Shown piece after piece: positions 37,881 through 46,504 of a stretch of 46,504 nt of DNA. The first letter of the stretch is position 1; the number at the start of each line of letters is the position of its first letter. The position numbers and the translations under genes were made by a program. Below the pieces are notes generated by a model, which did not search any database, was not told the DNA's origin, and worked only from the letters and a program-made list of their open reading frames with translations. Source of the stretch: a virus (Duplodnaviria > Caudoviricetes); the IMG/VR virus record IMGVR_UViG_3300023095_000003, positions 1 to 46,504 of that record, one strand, 5' to 3'.

Positions 37881-38713
37881 TCTCCCCCCTCCTGCAACAA
37901 AATCACCGCTGCTGCGGCATATACGATCACGCCGTAAAGCTCGTGGATGGCCTTTTCAACATCTTCGTTCTTAGCCATTCGCGTTGCCTCTTGGGCTTTC
38001 TTCATCACCTGGAATGTGTGGCCGTTGATTGATCCGTCCTGCATACGCGCAATTTCAAGGATTGGCTGCTGTGTGAACGGTCTTTCGTTAGCGTGGCGCT
38101 CGTTGCCTTTGCCTGATGCGGCTTGCTCATATGCTTCATCGAGAACGGCGCGCAGGGGTTCGTAATTGCTCTCGTGCTGGCACTCTCGTTTGATTGCTTC
38201 CTTTTGCTCCGGTGTTTGAAGGGAAGACAATCCGATGTCAGGAAAGTCAGGGGTATCTCCATACATGAGGCGGGCTAGTTCGTCTCTCCCGCAATCAAGT
38301 TCCTCGATGGCCTCGCGCACAAGGTCTTTTTCAGGCGAGGATCGTCCAGGGTGAAAAAATAACCCGTTTTCGCAAAAATATGATTCTCGTCCACTGTCAT
38401 CGAATATCCAGTTCCCGCTTCCTAATTTCTGTGCCTTTCTATGAACGACACCGCGCCCATCAACATAACTCTTTCCTTCTTCAATCTTCAGGGCAGTTTC
38501 TTCGTCTGCCCACTCGGCCACGATGTCTTTGGGATTGGTTACATTCAGAATGTTACTTATGCTTCCATGTGCAAACGCTTTCCACCACTCCCCACTTTCA
38601 TAATCGCGGACGTAATGATGACGACCGATAAGGTCTTCTGGAAACCATTTCACGCTGACTTTCCGACCGTCACGCGTGCGGTAACGCTTTGTTTCGTCTA
38701 ATATTATCGTCAT
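37877..38713 (-). CDS. Modular protein: two TRDGRK-type modules plus a helical GKG.ERHA domain (possibly MazG-like)
   Basis: YRTRDGRKV...DIVAEW; QAASGKGNERHA...PF.QQP...ELYGVIVYAAA. Confidence 0.7.
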   Translation of the reverse strand: MTIILDETKRYRTRDGRKVSVKWFPEDLIGRHHYVRDYESGEWWKAFAHGSISNILNVTNPKDIVAEWADEETALKIEEGKSYVDGRGVVHRKAQKLGSGNWIFDDSGRESYFCENGLFFHPGRSSPEKDLVREAIEELDCGRDELARLMYGDTPDFPDIGLSSLQTPEQKEAIKRECQHESNYEPLRAVLDEAYEQAASGKGNERHANERPFTQQPILEIARMQDGSINGHTFQVMKKAQEATRMAKNEDVEKAIHELYGVIVYAAAAVILLQEGGE

Positions 38714-38736
38714 TGAAAAATATCTTTCTCTAAAAA

Positions 38737-39660
38737 TTAAATTATATCGGCATCCTGCCGGTCAATAATCTCTCCGGTTTCGGGATCATGTTCTGGATCG
38801 TTGTCCAGTTCAAGCGGCTCATGCTCAATCGTGACGGGTTCTTTCTGCTCTGGCTCAGATGGAACCGCGTTTAATTTTGCAGCCGCTCCGCCGCGCTTTT
38901 TAGTGGTCGCTGGCGCGAGTTTATCATTCGCGGCATCCTGTTCCTGCTCAAATCCATAATCCTCGTCTATGCGCTCCACAGCCTGATGAAATGCTGCTCT
39001 GTCATTTGATGATGGTAGATATTTGGACAAGCGACGGAACACAGTTTTTCGCGCCATCTCTGACCAATCCGTTGTCCACGGTGTTGATTTGATTTTTCCA
39101 GCCTTGAATGCCTTGTATGCGTCCGAGCGGTCGCGGATGCGGTTCACGTCATCAGCGGTCATAACCTCGTGGACAATTCCGCCGTCTTTTAAAACAGCCA
39201 TAGCATAGACGGCATAAGCCTCACCCCTTGCCTCGCGCATGTTGATCTCATGCTTGATCGGCGCATCAATGTCTGTGGGAGAGTATGAGAATACGTCTGC
39301 ATCGCGGGCGAATTCAACAACGATAGATTTAATCTCTCCGCTCTGATATGCCAACTTCAGCAATCCGCGCATCATGGGGCGATATTGCACATCGCCGTTA
39401 TAGTCCACGACAAGAGCAGCTTCGCGGCCATCAAGAATAAGCCCATCGGCTGCGGATTTCGTCAAAGCTGCCAGCAGTGATTGTGGAGATTTCACCCTTT
39501 CGATATTCCTCGTCAAGGCGATGGCCGTCTGCGCCGTACGGATAAATCGGTCTGCGGTGATGTGTCCTGGCAGTGCTTTGGCAAACTCAGGCTTCATCTT
39601 GCTGACGTGATCGCGCAGGGTGAGCGCGCCTTTTTCGATGGTGGTCACGGCGTTGGTCAT
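38737..39660 (-). CDS. recT: RecT-family ssDNA annealing protein
   Basis: ALPGHITADRFIR, GLLKLAYQSG, PW.TDW.EMARKTV.RRL.KYLP. Confidence 0.92.
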   Translation of the reverse strand: MTNAVTTIEKGALTLRDHVSKMKPEFAKALPGHITADRFIRTAQTAIALTRNIERVKSPQSLLAALTKSAADGLILDGREAALVVDYNGDVQYRPMMRGLLKLAYQSGEIKSIVVEFARDADVFSYSPTDIDAPIKHEINMREARGEAYAVYAMAVLKDGGIVHEVMTADDVNRIRDRSDAYKAFKAGKIKSTPWTTDWSEMARKTVFRRLSKYLPSSNDRAAFHQAVERIDEDYGFEQEQDAANDKLAPATTKKRGGAAAKLNAVPSEPEQKEPVTIEHEPLELDNDPEHDPETGEIIDRQDADII

Positions 39661-39824
39661 TGGTCTGTCCTTAAGATTGTGTCGGCTCGTTGCCGGATGC
39701 GTTCGTGTTCACAGATGATGAGGTTGGTGAGAACCTTCTTTGCCTTGGGTCTTCGCTCTGGCGACATGCGATAAAGATATGCTGCCAGCCAGAACCGTTG
39801 CGTCTCTTTCTCCAATGCGGTCAT
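39657..39824 (-). CDS. Small hypothetical protein
   Basis: GGAGG RBS, overlaps at both ends. Confidence 0.6.
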   Translation of the reverse strand: MTALEKETQRFWLAAYLYRMSPERRPKAKKVLTNLIICEHERIRQRADTILRTDQ

Positions 39825-40642
39825 GCAGCTTCCTCCTGCGGCGCGTCTGTCAGGCGGTATGCCCAACGCTGGAAGGAAAGCTCTTGCACGTCGTCTGGAT
39901 ATCCAGGCCATACGCCAGTTTTCTCGCACTCGGCATACACAGAGAGGGACTTGCGCATGATCGCGCGGCCTTCATCCACAATGGCGGGCGGCAATTCATA
40001 AAGTGCGAACAGGAATGGATCGGTCTTCTCGACCACCAAAAACGCGAAGGCTTCAACAGGCTGACCGGACGCGATGCCGCCGTCTGTGTAAAAGGCTTCC
40101 TGCGCGTGGTATCCGTAATTGACCACGCTGCGGGTGAACGCATCGGGGTGCGCGCTGGCTGATGTCTTTACGTCAAGGATCATCGCCAGATCAGGGCGGT
40201 AAAGATCATCGCGCTTGCGACAAAGGACTTTCGTTTCGTCGTCAATCCAGTAGGTCGAATGCTCAATCTTAGACTGCTGGCTTTGAATGATCTGGTTCAA
40301 TCGCGGGTTGGCGTGGATCGTGTCGCGGATGATGAGCATTGCGTCATAGTCGGAAGCGGTCAGCAGCAGCTTCTTTTCCATCTCGGCATAGGCTTGCATG
40401 TCCTTCCACTTGTTGCCGCGCCTGTCATCCGGCCCGCGAATAACGCGCTTCTCGAATGTCTCTGGCTCCAATACGGCAATGTGTCCGGCCTCGCCAAACG
40501 TGAAGTATGTTTCTTCCTTACGCGGCGCATAGGCGTAATGAGCTGGCGACTTCTCGTGAATAGTCCAAAGGCCAGTTTTCGAGATACCCGCGTCCGCGTG
40601 GTAATCCTCGTTTGAAATGTCAGGGTAAATGCCTGGTTGCAT
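39821..40642 (-). CDS. RecE/exonuclease VIII-like PD-(D/E)xK nuclease (DUF3799-like)
   Basis: GIY.DISNEDYH, CRKRDD, DVKTS, YGYHAQEAFY. Confidence 0.9.
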   Translation of the reverse strand: MQPGIYPDISNEDYHADAGISKTGLWTIHEKSPAHYAYAPRKEETYFTFGEAGHIAVLEPETFEKRVIRGPDDRRGNKWKDMQAYAEMEKKLLLTASDYDAMLIIRDTIHANPRLNQIIQSQQSKIEHSTYWIDDETKVLCRKRDDLYRPDLAMILDVKTSASAHPDAFTRSVVNYGYHAQEAFYTDGGIASGQPVEAFAFLVVEKTDPFLFALYELPPAIVDEGRAIMRKSLSVYAECEKTGVWPGYPDDVQELSFQRWAYRLTDAPQEEAA

Positions 40643-40665
40643 GTGCTGCGCTCCGGTGTGCATCC

Positions 40666-40732
40666 GTTGTGATATTCACAACATAGACCGCACGGAAACG
40701 CTCGTCAATAGGCTTGATGTGAAAATCTCACG
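40666..40732 (-). promoter_or_regulatory. PL-like promoter flanked by two operators
   Basis: GTTGTGATATTCACAAC (40666-40682) and GATGTGAAAATCTCACG (40716-40732); TTGACG-N17-TATGTT. Confidence 0.8.
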
Positions 40733-41357
40733 GAATGATTGCGAGAACCGGGGTTGCCGTAACAAGCGCGGTTTCGGCTGTTTCGTTCGTGGCTGAACAT
40801 CGGATCAGGGCTTCACCTGTCTTGCGCGCGCGCTCGACCTTGGCGAATACCTGCGATCCGTCCTTTATCCTGCAAATGGATAGCGTACCAATGGCTGCCG
40901 GTTCCACACTGTCTGTGTGGCCGAACAAGACAACCGCGTCATCCCAGACAGACAACGCACCAGAAGATGCACGAATTTGTGCAGCTATGACTTTGCCATT
41001 GTGACTTTTGATTGCGGCCTGCGCCCTATCAATCACGCTTTGAGGTAGGGGCTTTGGCTCGGAGAGTTTCTTTAGGTATCCGCGTTCATCAATGATGGCG
41101 GCAAGCAAGATGCGTGTCGGCTGGCCGTCCAGATCAATCGCAACGCCTGCATGGCTTAGGACTTCACTGACGGATACCCCCAGGAACAACGCAATGCGAC
41201 TGGCTTCCTCCATCTTCATCTTCCGCTTTCCCGCCAACATCCGAGATGCCGCCGAGGGGTCAATGTCAAGGTGCCGCGCAAGACCGCGCACTGTTTTTTG
41301 CTTACTTTCCAGGGTTTGCAGAAACCAGTTCCTATCAATTCCCTCAGCAGTTTCCAT
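40728..41357 (-). CDS. CI-like repressor (XRE HTH plus degenerate S24-like C-domain)
   Basis: VRGLARHLDIDPSAASRMLAGKR; divergent from cro. Confidence 0.85.
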   Translation of the reverse strand: METAEGIDRNWFLQTLESKQKTVRGLARHLDIDPSAASRMLAGKRKMKMEEASRIALFLGVSVSEVLSHAGVAIDLDGQPTRILLAAIIDERGYLKKLSEPKPLPQSVIDRAQAAIKSHNGKVIAAQIRASSGALSVWDDAVVLFGHTDSVEPAAIGTLSICRIKDGSQVFAKVERARKTGEALIRCSATNETAETALVTATPVLAIIP

Positions 41358-41488
41358 TTTCCACCACGCAGTCGGACGAGAACGGGGCGGAACGTTGCAC
41401 ATTTGGCAACAGGGCGCAAGGATGCGCGGTGATTAGGCAGTCAGCAAGGGAAATTGTTAATCGCACGTGTTTGTCAGTCAATGAACTC

Positions 41489-41531
41489 TTGACGTTGCGC
41501 AAATCACATCGTATGGTGTGTTTACCGCATC
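41489..41531 (+). promoter_or_regulatory. PR-like promoter overlapped by two operators
   Basis: TTGACG-N17-TATGGT; GTTGCGCAAATCACATC (41494-41510) and GGTGTGTTTACCGCATC (41515-41531). Confidence 0.8.
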
Positions 41532-41551
41532 ATCATGCACAGAGCGAGAAT

Positions 41552-41764
41552 ATGACACCCTGGCAAAAAGTCCAAGCTAAGTTCGGCCTAAACGCCGCCG
41601 CACTGGCGCGGGCGATCAAACGCGACCGCTCGAAGATCAGTCGTCATCTGCGTCACCCTGAAGGGCTGATAAACGGCGAGGATCAAAAGCGCCTGATGGA
41701 AGCTGCTGCGGAACTGAACATTGATTTGCAGCCCGTCGATCTGGTTCCTGAAGCGGTGCGGTGA
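41552..41764 (+). CDS. Cro-like HTH protein
   Basis: FG..AAALARAIKRDRSKISR; first gene after PR. Confidence 0.8.
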   Translation: MTPWQKVQAKFGLNAAALARAIKRDRSKISRHLRHPEGLINGEDQKRLMEAAAELNIDLQPVDLVPEAVR

Positions 41765-41988
41765 TGGGTGCCGATCCGTCTCGCCCTCCCATGACATTTC
41801 AGCAGCAAGCCGAATTGCTCGAATACATCTGCAAATCGTGTCGCATGGCATCGGATGGGCAATTCGCAACGCTGACAATTACGCATTTAGACAAACAGCA
41901 AATTGAAGATTTACGGGCAACAGCCGCGCGGCTTTACCGCATGGCTCCTTATGAGCGAGAAATTAAAAAATTGGTGACAGGACGATGA
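41761..41988 (+). CDS. Hypothetical protein
   Basis: Coupled ORF. Confidence 0.7.
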   Translation: MMGADPSRPPMTFQQQAELLEYICKSCRMASDGQFATLTITHLDKQQIEDLRATAARLYRMAPYEREIKKLVTGR

Positions 41989-43421
41989 TAATATTACGCC
42001 AAGATCAGGAGAATGTCCGTTCAGATTTGCGCGTTGCGCTGCGGTCGCATTCGTCTGTTCTGGTCTACGCGCCAACCGGATTTGGGAAAACCTGTCTGGC
42101 TGCGGCGCTGATTAAGTCGATCTTTGAGGCGAAGAAGCGGGTTATCTTCTGCGTTCATCGCGTTGACTTGATTTTGCAAACGGCCAAAACTTTCGATCAG
42201 TTTGGCATCCCGTACTCATACATCGCTGCGGGTCATCACTTCAACCCCTATCATCGCGTCTACATCGCCTCGATTGCCACGCTGCGCAATCGTCTTGGCA
42301 AAATCCCTGCTGACTTTGTGATGGTGGACGAAGCGCACCTGTCGGCGGCGAATGGATGGGCCGAAGTTGCGCGGCATTATACCGAGACGGGTGCAAAGCG
42401 TATCGGTTTATCTGGGTCGCCTGAGCGATTAGACGGCAAGCCCCTCGGTGACGTGTGGGATCACATGGTCATGGGGCCTTCTGTCCGATGGCTGATCGAG
42501 CAAGGGCACTTATCGAAGTATAGGGCATTCTGTCCTGCTGGCGTTGATCTGACAGGCGTTCACACACGCGGCGGTGATTATGTCACCAGCGAGATTGACG
42601 ATCTCATGTCTGGCCGCGCTGTACTTGCGGGCGCTGTCCGGCATTGGCGGAAGTACGCCAAGGGGAAGCGCACAATCGCTTTCGCTCCATCGGTGAAACG
42701 CGCCGAGCAATTGGCCGCCGAGTTTCGCGCGAACGGTGTAATGGCTGTGGCGCTTGATGGCAACACACCGCAATCGGATCGGTATGCAGCATTCATCGGT
42801 TTTGCGGATCGTGACATCGAAGTGATCGTCAACTGCGCGCTGTTCTGCGAGGGGTTCGATCTGGCCGCGCAGGTCGGGCGCGACGTGACGATTGAGTGCG
42901 TCTTGCAATATTCCCCTACAAAATCACTGGCAAAGCATTTGCAGCAATTGGGGCGCGGACTTCGCAAAAAACCGGAACCCGCGATCCTGCTTGACCTTGT
43001 GGGTAATGTTGCCCGCCTCGGTCTGCCGGACGAAGATCGGGAATGGTCGCTGGATGGCAAGGTAAAATCAAAGCGAACCGTTGACTTGATGACATGTCCC
43101 CAATGCTTTGCCGCGCACGATCCTGCACCGAAGTGTGAGGCTTGCGGTTATGTCTATCCTAAGAAAGATAAGGACGCGATAGGCGAAGGTCGCGTCATTG
43201 ACGAAATCGAAGGTGAGCTTGAGGAAGTCGATCAAGAGGCCGTCCGGCTGCATCGCAAGAAAGAGCAGGCTTCTGCCGGAACGCTGGATGATCTGATCGC
43301 TTTGGCTCGCGCGCGTAATTACAAGAACCCTGAAAAGTGGGCTGGCTTTGTCTGGTCAAGCAGACAAGCGAAACAGGATCGGCGTTTTGAAGAGCGGGAG
43401 AGGTTTGCAAGTGTGCGCTAA
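41985..43421 (+). CDS. SF2 DEAH helicase with C-terminal Zn finger (RadD/YejH-like)
   Basis: PTGFGKT, DEAH, QQLGRGLR, CPQC..CEAC. Confidence 0.93.
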   Translation: MIILRQDQENVRSDLRVALRSHSSVLVYAPTGFGKTCLAAALIKSIFEAKKRVIFCVHRVDLILQTAKTFDQFGIPYSYIAAGHHFNPYHRVYIASIATLRNRLGKIPADFVMVDEAHLSAANGWAEVARHYTETGAKRIGLSGSPERLDGKPLGDVWDHMVMGPSVRWLIEQGHLSKYRAFCPAGVDLTGVHTRGGDYVTSEIDDLMSGRAVLAGAVRHWRKYAKGKRTIAFAPSVKRAEQLAAEFRANGVMAVALDGNTPQSDRYAAFIGFADRDIEVIVNCALFCEGFDLAAQVGRDVTIECVLQYSPTKSLAKHLQQLGRGLRKKPEPAILLDLVGNVARLGLPDEDREWSLDGKVKSKRTVDLMTCPQCFAAHDPAPKCEACGYVYPKKDKDAIGEGRVIDEIEGELEEVDQEAVRLHRKKEQASAGTLDDLIALARARNYKNPEKWAGFVWSSRQAKQDRRFEERERFASVR

Positions 43422-44055
43422 AAACCAACTCACGCTGCAAGACGCTCAGCGCCTGTTCGATTACCGCGATGGGAAATTGTACTGGAAACATGTCAGCAGC
43501 GGCCAGCGCCGTGACCGAATGGCTGGCGGCATCAAGAAAAGACGTGGACACCAATTGTACCTCATTAAAATTGGCAGCGTGGAGTATCAGGCGCATTACC
43601 TGATTTGGAATTTCCACCACGGCATCACGCGGAAGGCGGTGCGTCCTTGCGATGGTGACTTTTTAAACCTGCGCATAGAAAACCTTCATCTTGTTGAGCC
43701 GTATGATGGAAATTTTATTAGGGTACAATTAAGGTCGCTGCGAATTTCCTGCCCATGCTGCCAACAGCGCGTCACTTCTCCGACTTTAGAAGTGATTGTT
43801 CTGCGTTTTGGGCTGGCTCCGCTGGAAGCCAAGGTCTTATCCGCTGTCTGGTCAGCGAAGGGGTTACCCGTGTCAACCGAAAAGGTTTTCGCGGAAATGT
43901 ATTCGGATGATCCCGATGGTGGGCCGTCCAATTCAAAAATGTATTCCGCGTTCAAGGTGGCTTTGAGCCGACTGCGCGCGAAAATAAGAGGTTCAGGGGT
44001 CAGCATTGAAAATGTTGGCTACGGGCAAGGCTACAGGCTGATATTAGGAGATTAA
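43411..44055 (+). CDS. Degenerate HNH-like domain fused to CPCC and an OmpR-type winged helix
   Basis: FDYRDGKLYW...AHYLIW...DGDFLNLRIENL; KVALSRLRAKI...IENV...GYRL; GTG start inferred. Confidence 0.75.
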   Translation: MCAKNQLTLQDAQRLFDYRDGKLYWKHVSSGQRRDRMAGGIKKRRGHQLYLIKIGSVEYQAHYLIWNFHHGITRKAVRPCDGDFLNLRIENLHLVEPYDGNFIRVQLRSLRISCPCCQQRVTSPTLEVIVLRFGLAPLEAKVLSAVWSAKGLPVSTEKVFAEMYSDDPDGGPSNSKMYSAFKVALSRLRAKIRGSGVSIENVGYGQGYRLILGD

Positions 44056-44058
44056 ATT

Positions 44059-44304
44059 ATGGCCATTGATGCGAGAGAAATGATTTTTAAAGAATGTGGA
44101 AGAGGGATTTCTGACAAGTACGCACATTATGCAGCGCACGCTTTGTGTGGGTTGTTGTCGGGTAATGATATGTATCAACGGGAGGAAGTGCGTCAATTAT
44201 TGGTAGATCAAGCGTTTTCCATCGCCCATGAAATGGTTCTGCATGAATTATTTCTTGAGCATCTTGCTTCGCAAAAAGATTTTAAATTATCGGAGATAAA
44301 ATAA
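44059..44304 (+). CDS. Hypothetical phage protein
   Basis: AGGAG RBS; YAAHALCGLL...AFSIAHEM. Confidence 0.7.
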   Translation: MAIDAREMIFKECGRGISDKYAHYAAHALCGLLSGNDMYQREEVRQLLVDQAFSIAHEMVLHELFLEHLASQKDFKLSEIK

Positions 44305-44741
44305 TGGCCGGATCATTAAATCGTGTGACGCTGGTAGGGAATTTGGGGCGCGATCCTGAAATTCGTTCGCTGCAAAACGGCGGGAAGGTGGCAACGTTTT
44401 CCGTCGCTACGTCCGAAACGTGGAAAGACAAAGCCTCTGGGGAGAAAAGGGAAAAGACCGACTGGCACAACGTTGTCGTCTGGAATGAAGGACTTGTCGG
44501 CATCGTCGAGAAGTACGTCAAGAAGGGAACGAAGTTGCTGGTTGAAGGCAAGCTCGAAACCCGCAAATGGGAAAAGGACGGCGTAGAGCGGTATTCAACC
44601 GAGGTCGTGTTAACAGGTTTCGGCGGGCAGATTTTGTTGCTCGGTGAAAGCGGTGGGGCAGGTCGGGCGGGCGCTCCATCGGAAGCGGACAAGCCTGCAA
44701 CAGCGCTGTCCGGTGCGATTGATGATGACATTCCATTTTAA
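44304..44741 (+). CDS. ssb: Single-stranded DNA-binding protein
   Basis: MAGSLNRVTLVGNLGRDPE...DDDIPF. Confidence 0.97.
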   Translation: MAGSLNRVTLVGNLGRDPEIRSLQNGGKVATFSVATSETWKDKASGEKREKTDWHNVVVWNEGLVGIVEKYVKKGTKLLVEGKLETRKWEKDGVERYSTEVVLTGFGGQILLLGESGGAGRAGAPSEADKPATALSGAIDDDIPF

Positions 44742-44750
44742 GGTCGCACT

Positions 44751-45233
44751 ATGATTTTATCCGCACAAACGATTAGACGATTATGCATTGGCCGTGATGC
44801 GGCTCCACCGAAAAATCAGATGATCTCACCCTTTTCCGAGCGCAGCAAATCGAACGGCATGTCCTACGGTCTAAGCAGCGCGGGCTATGATGTCCGCATT
44901 GCTGAAACAGTCTGGATCATGCCGAAAACGTTCTGCCTCGCATCCACGATGGAGTATTTCAATATTCCAGCGAACATCATGTATCAGGTCGTGGACAAAT
45001 CGTCATGGGCGCGTCGAGGCTTGAGCGCATTCAACACGGTCGCTGAACCTGGATGGCGCGGCTACCTGACGCTTGAGTTGTTCAATGCGTCATGGCTTCC
45101 GAAGCGCATCAAGGCGGGCACCCCTATAGCCCAGATCGTGTTTCAATTTCTGGATCAGGCAAGCGCGCAACCTTATGCGGGCAAGTATCAGGATCAGGAA
45201 GCAGGCGCACAAGCGGCGAGGTTCGAAAAATGA
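44751..45233 (+). CDS. dcd: dCTP deaminase
   Basis: SYGLSSAGYDVR, KSSWARRG, EPGWRG.LTLE, Y.GKYQ.Q. Confidence 0.92.
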   Translation: MILSAQTIRRLCIGRDAAPPKNQMISPFSERSKSNGMSYGLSSAGYDVRIAETVWIMPKTFCLASTMEYFNIPANIMYQVVDKSSWARRGLSAFNTVAEPGWRGYLTLELFNASWLPKRIKAGTPIAQIVFQFLDQASAQPYAGKYQDQEAGAQAARFEK

Positions 45234-45661
45234 CAGACACGCGCGACCGATTAACCGAGGGCGACATCATGCGGCTGCTGCAAATCAAGGCTTCAGCCTT
45301 GGGTGCTCGGCTGTTCCGGCAAAATACAGGGCTTGCATGGGTCGGCAAGGTCGTTCGGTTCGCGCGTGAACAATCGGTCAAGGTGTCGCCTGGTGACATC
45401 GTGATACGAAACGCGCGCCCATTTCATGCAGGCTTTGAGGGTATGTCTGATTTGGGCGGGTGGGTGCCTGTGGAAATCACGCCTGATATGGTGGGGCAAA
45501 AGATCGCGCTCTATGCACAGGTCGAAGTGAAGAAAAATACACGCGCCACGGCGGCACAAAAGGCGTGGATACAAGCGGTTAACATGGCGGGTGGCCGCGC
45601 TGGCGTGGCGCATGATGATGCTGAATTAGCAGCCATACTCGCGGGCGAAACAGTCGGATAA
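45230..45661 (+). CDS. VRR-NUC PD-(D/E)xK nuclease
   Basis: LFRQNTG...GMSDLGG...EVK...Q..W...GG.AGV. Confidence 0.88.
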   Translation: MTDTRDRLTEGDIMRLLQIKASALGARLFRQNTGLAWVGKVVRFAREQSVKVSPGDIVIRNARPFHAGFEGMSDLGGWVPVEITPDMVGQKIALYAQVEVKKNTRATAAQKAWIQAVNMAGGRAGVAHDDAELAAILAGETVG

Positions 45662-45697
45662 ATTTCGTCGCCCCTCTTGCTTTATAGTACAGCTTGT

Positions 45698-45714
45698 GTT
45701 GTGATTATCGCAAC
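45698..45714. promoter_or_regulatory. 17-bp operator upstream of the primase
   Basis: GTTGTGATTATCGCAAC, 20 nt before ATG 45735. Confidence 0.75.
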
Positions 45715-45734
45715 AATTCTATCAGGGGCGAAAC

Positions 45735-46497
45735 ATGGCAACCGACATCGAAAGATTGCGGAACGAAACATCACTTTCTCAAATCGCCTCACAGTATGGC
45801 GTTAAGCTCTCGAAGAACGGCCACGAATACGATGCGTGTTGCCCGTTTCATTCTGAGAACACGGCGTCTTTTACGATCTTTCGCGGCAATGATGGCGTAG
45901 AGCGATTTCATTGTTTTGGCTGCGGAGAGCGTGGCGATGTCGTGGATTTTGTTCAGAGGATCAAGGGCGTGAATACGCGCGAAGCAATCTCAATCCTTGG
46001 CGGTCGCCCTGCTGGCGAGAACGTCAAGCCGTGCCAAGTCGAAGTGCGAGACATATACGCGGGCATCGAGCCGTATGAGCCGCCTGAAATGCCCGCTGGC
46101 CAGAGGCTCCGAATTTATAATCCAAAACGTGTCGGCACTGAGATGGAATGGGGCGGGTTCATCCCGTCGCTGATCCACCCCTATCGCCGCAAAGATGGCC
46201 GCGTGTCCGGCTATGTGCTGCGGCATGATCTGCGTGATGGTGGCAAGGAAACACCTATGGTTATGTGGGTGCAACTGCCGAACGGCGAACAGTGCTGGTG
46301 CAGGTTTCCGTTTCCAAGGCCGCGCCCGTTGTATGGGCTGGATCGAATTGCTGACGCGAGACAGGTGATCGTCGTTGAGGGTGAGAAGTGCTGCGATGCG
46401 ATGATTGAACGCACTGGCCTTACGGTTGTGTCGTGGGTCGGCGGAACGCAGGGCGTAAAGCACACGAACTGGAAGCCGCTGGCCGGAAAGAATGTCG
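45735..46497 (+). CDS. DNA primase N-terminal part (CHC2 zinc finger plus start of TOPRIM); ends at 239 on the circle (291 aa)
   Basis: Manual translation MATDIERLRNE...CCPFHSENTASF...FHCFGCG...GDVVDF...RPLYGL...VIVVEGEK; missing from the ORF track because it has no stop in the window. Confidence 0.9.
46372..46497. repeat. Terminal direct repeat, copy 2
   Basis: Identical to 1-126; the last 7 nt of the window diverge. Confidence 0.95.
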
Positions 46498-46504
46498 ATC
46501 ACCT

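Larger units (their letters stand above)
1..46504. mobile_element. Complete temperate podovirus genome (BPP-1/epsilon15-like virion module), excised/circular form, probable alphaproteobacterial host
   Basis: Full packaging, head, tail, lysis, replication and lysogeny gene sets; intact attP; terminal overlap; no host genes seen. Confidence 0.93.

Noticed and set aside
41380-41393. LexA box upstream of cI
   Set aside because: The GAAC half-sites are spaced N6, not N7
46372-46504. Biological terminal repeat (T7-like DTR)
   Set aside because: The 126-bp repeat falls mid-primase and is the size of an assembler k-mer overlap; the last 7 nt look like an artefact

Overview
The window is an essentially complete, circularly permuted temperate podovirus genome of about 46,371 bp; bases 1-126 are repeated at 46372-46497. 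Its virion module is of the BPP-1/epsilon15 type. The host is very probably an alphaproteobacterium (Rhizobiales-like), judged from the SSB type, an alphaproteobacterial LexA box and an apparent scarcity of GANTC. Gene order on the circle: rightward replication operon (cro, SF2 helicase, dead-HNH/wHTH fusion, SSB, dCTP deaminase, VRR-NUC, CHC2-TOPRIM primase, VirE helicase), GH108 endolysin, AlpA excisionase, P4-type integrase, attP resembling a tRNA-Ser 3' end, a long leftward accessory operon, a symmetric AT-rich ori-like region, then terS/terL, portal, scaffold, capsid, tail, GNAT, three ejection proteins, an endosialidase-like tailspike, a collar fibre, holin-like genes, leftward RecT/RecE-like genes and a CI-like repressor. 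The most notable observations are: (1) a GH58 endosialidase-like tailspike with no S74 chaperone; (2) an ADP-ribosyltransferase-like cassette inside the 2436-aa ejection protein; (3) a genome-wide 17-bp operator network, a repressor that looks non-cleavable and a lone LexA box beside a 290-bp four-repeat symmetric element; (4) a primase TOPRIM domain split across two coupled ORFs; (5) a dead HNH fused to an OmpR-type winged helix, with a candidate late-promoter motif. All family assignments come from motif recognition by eye; no database search was run.
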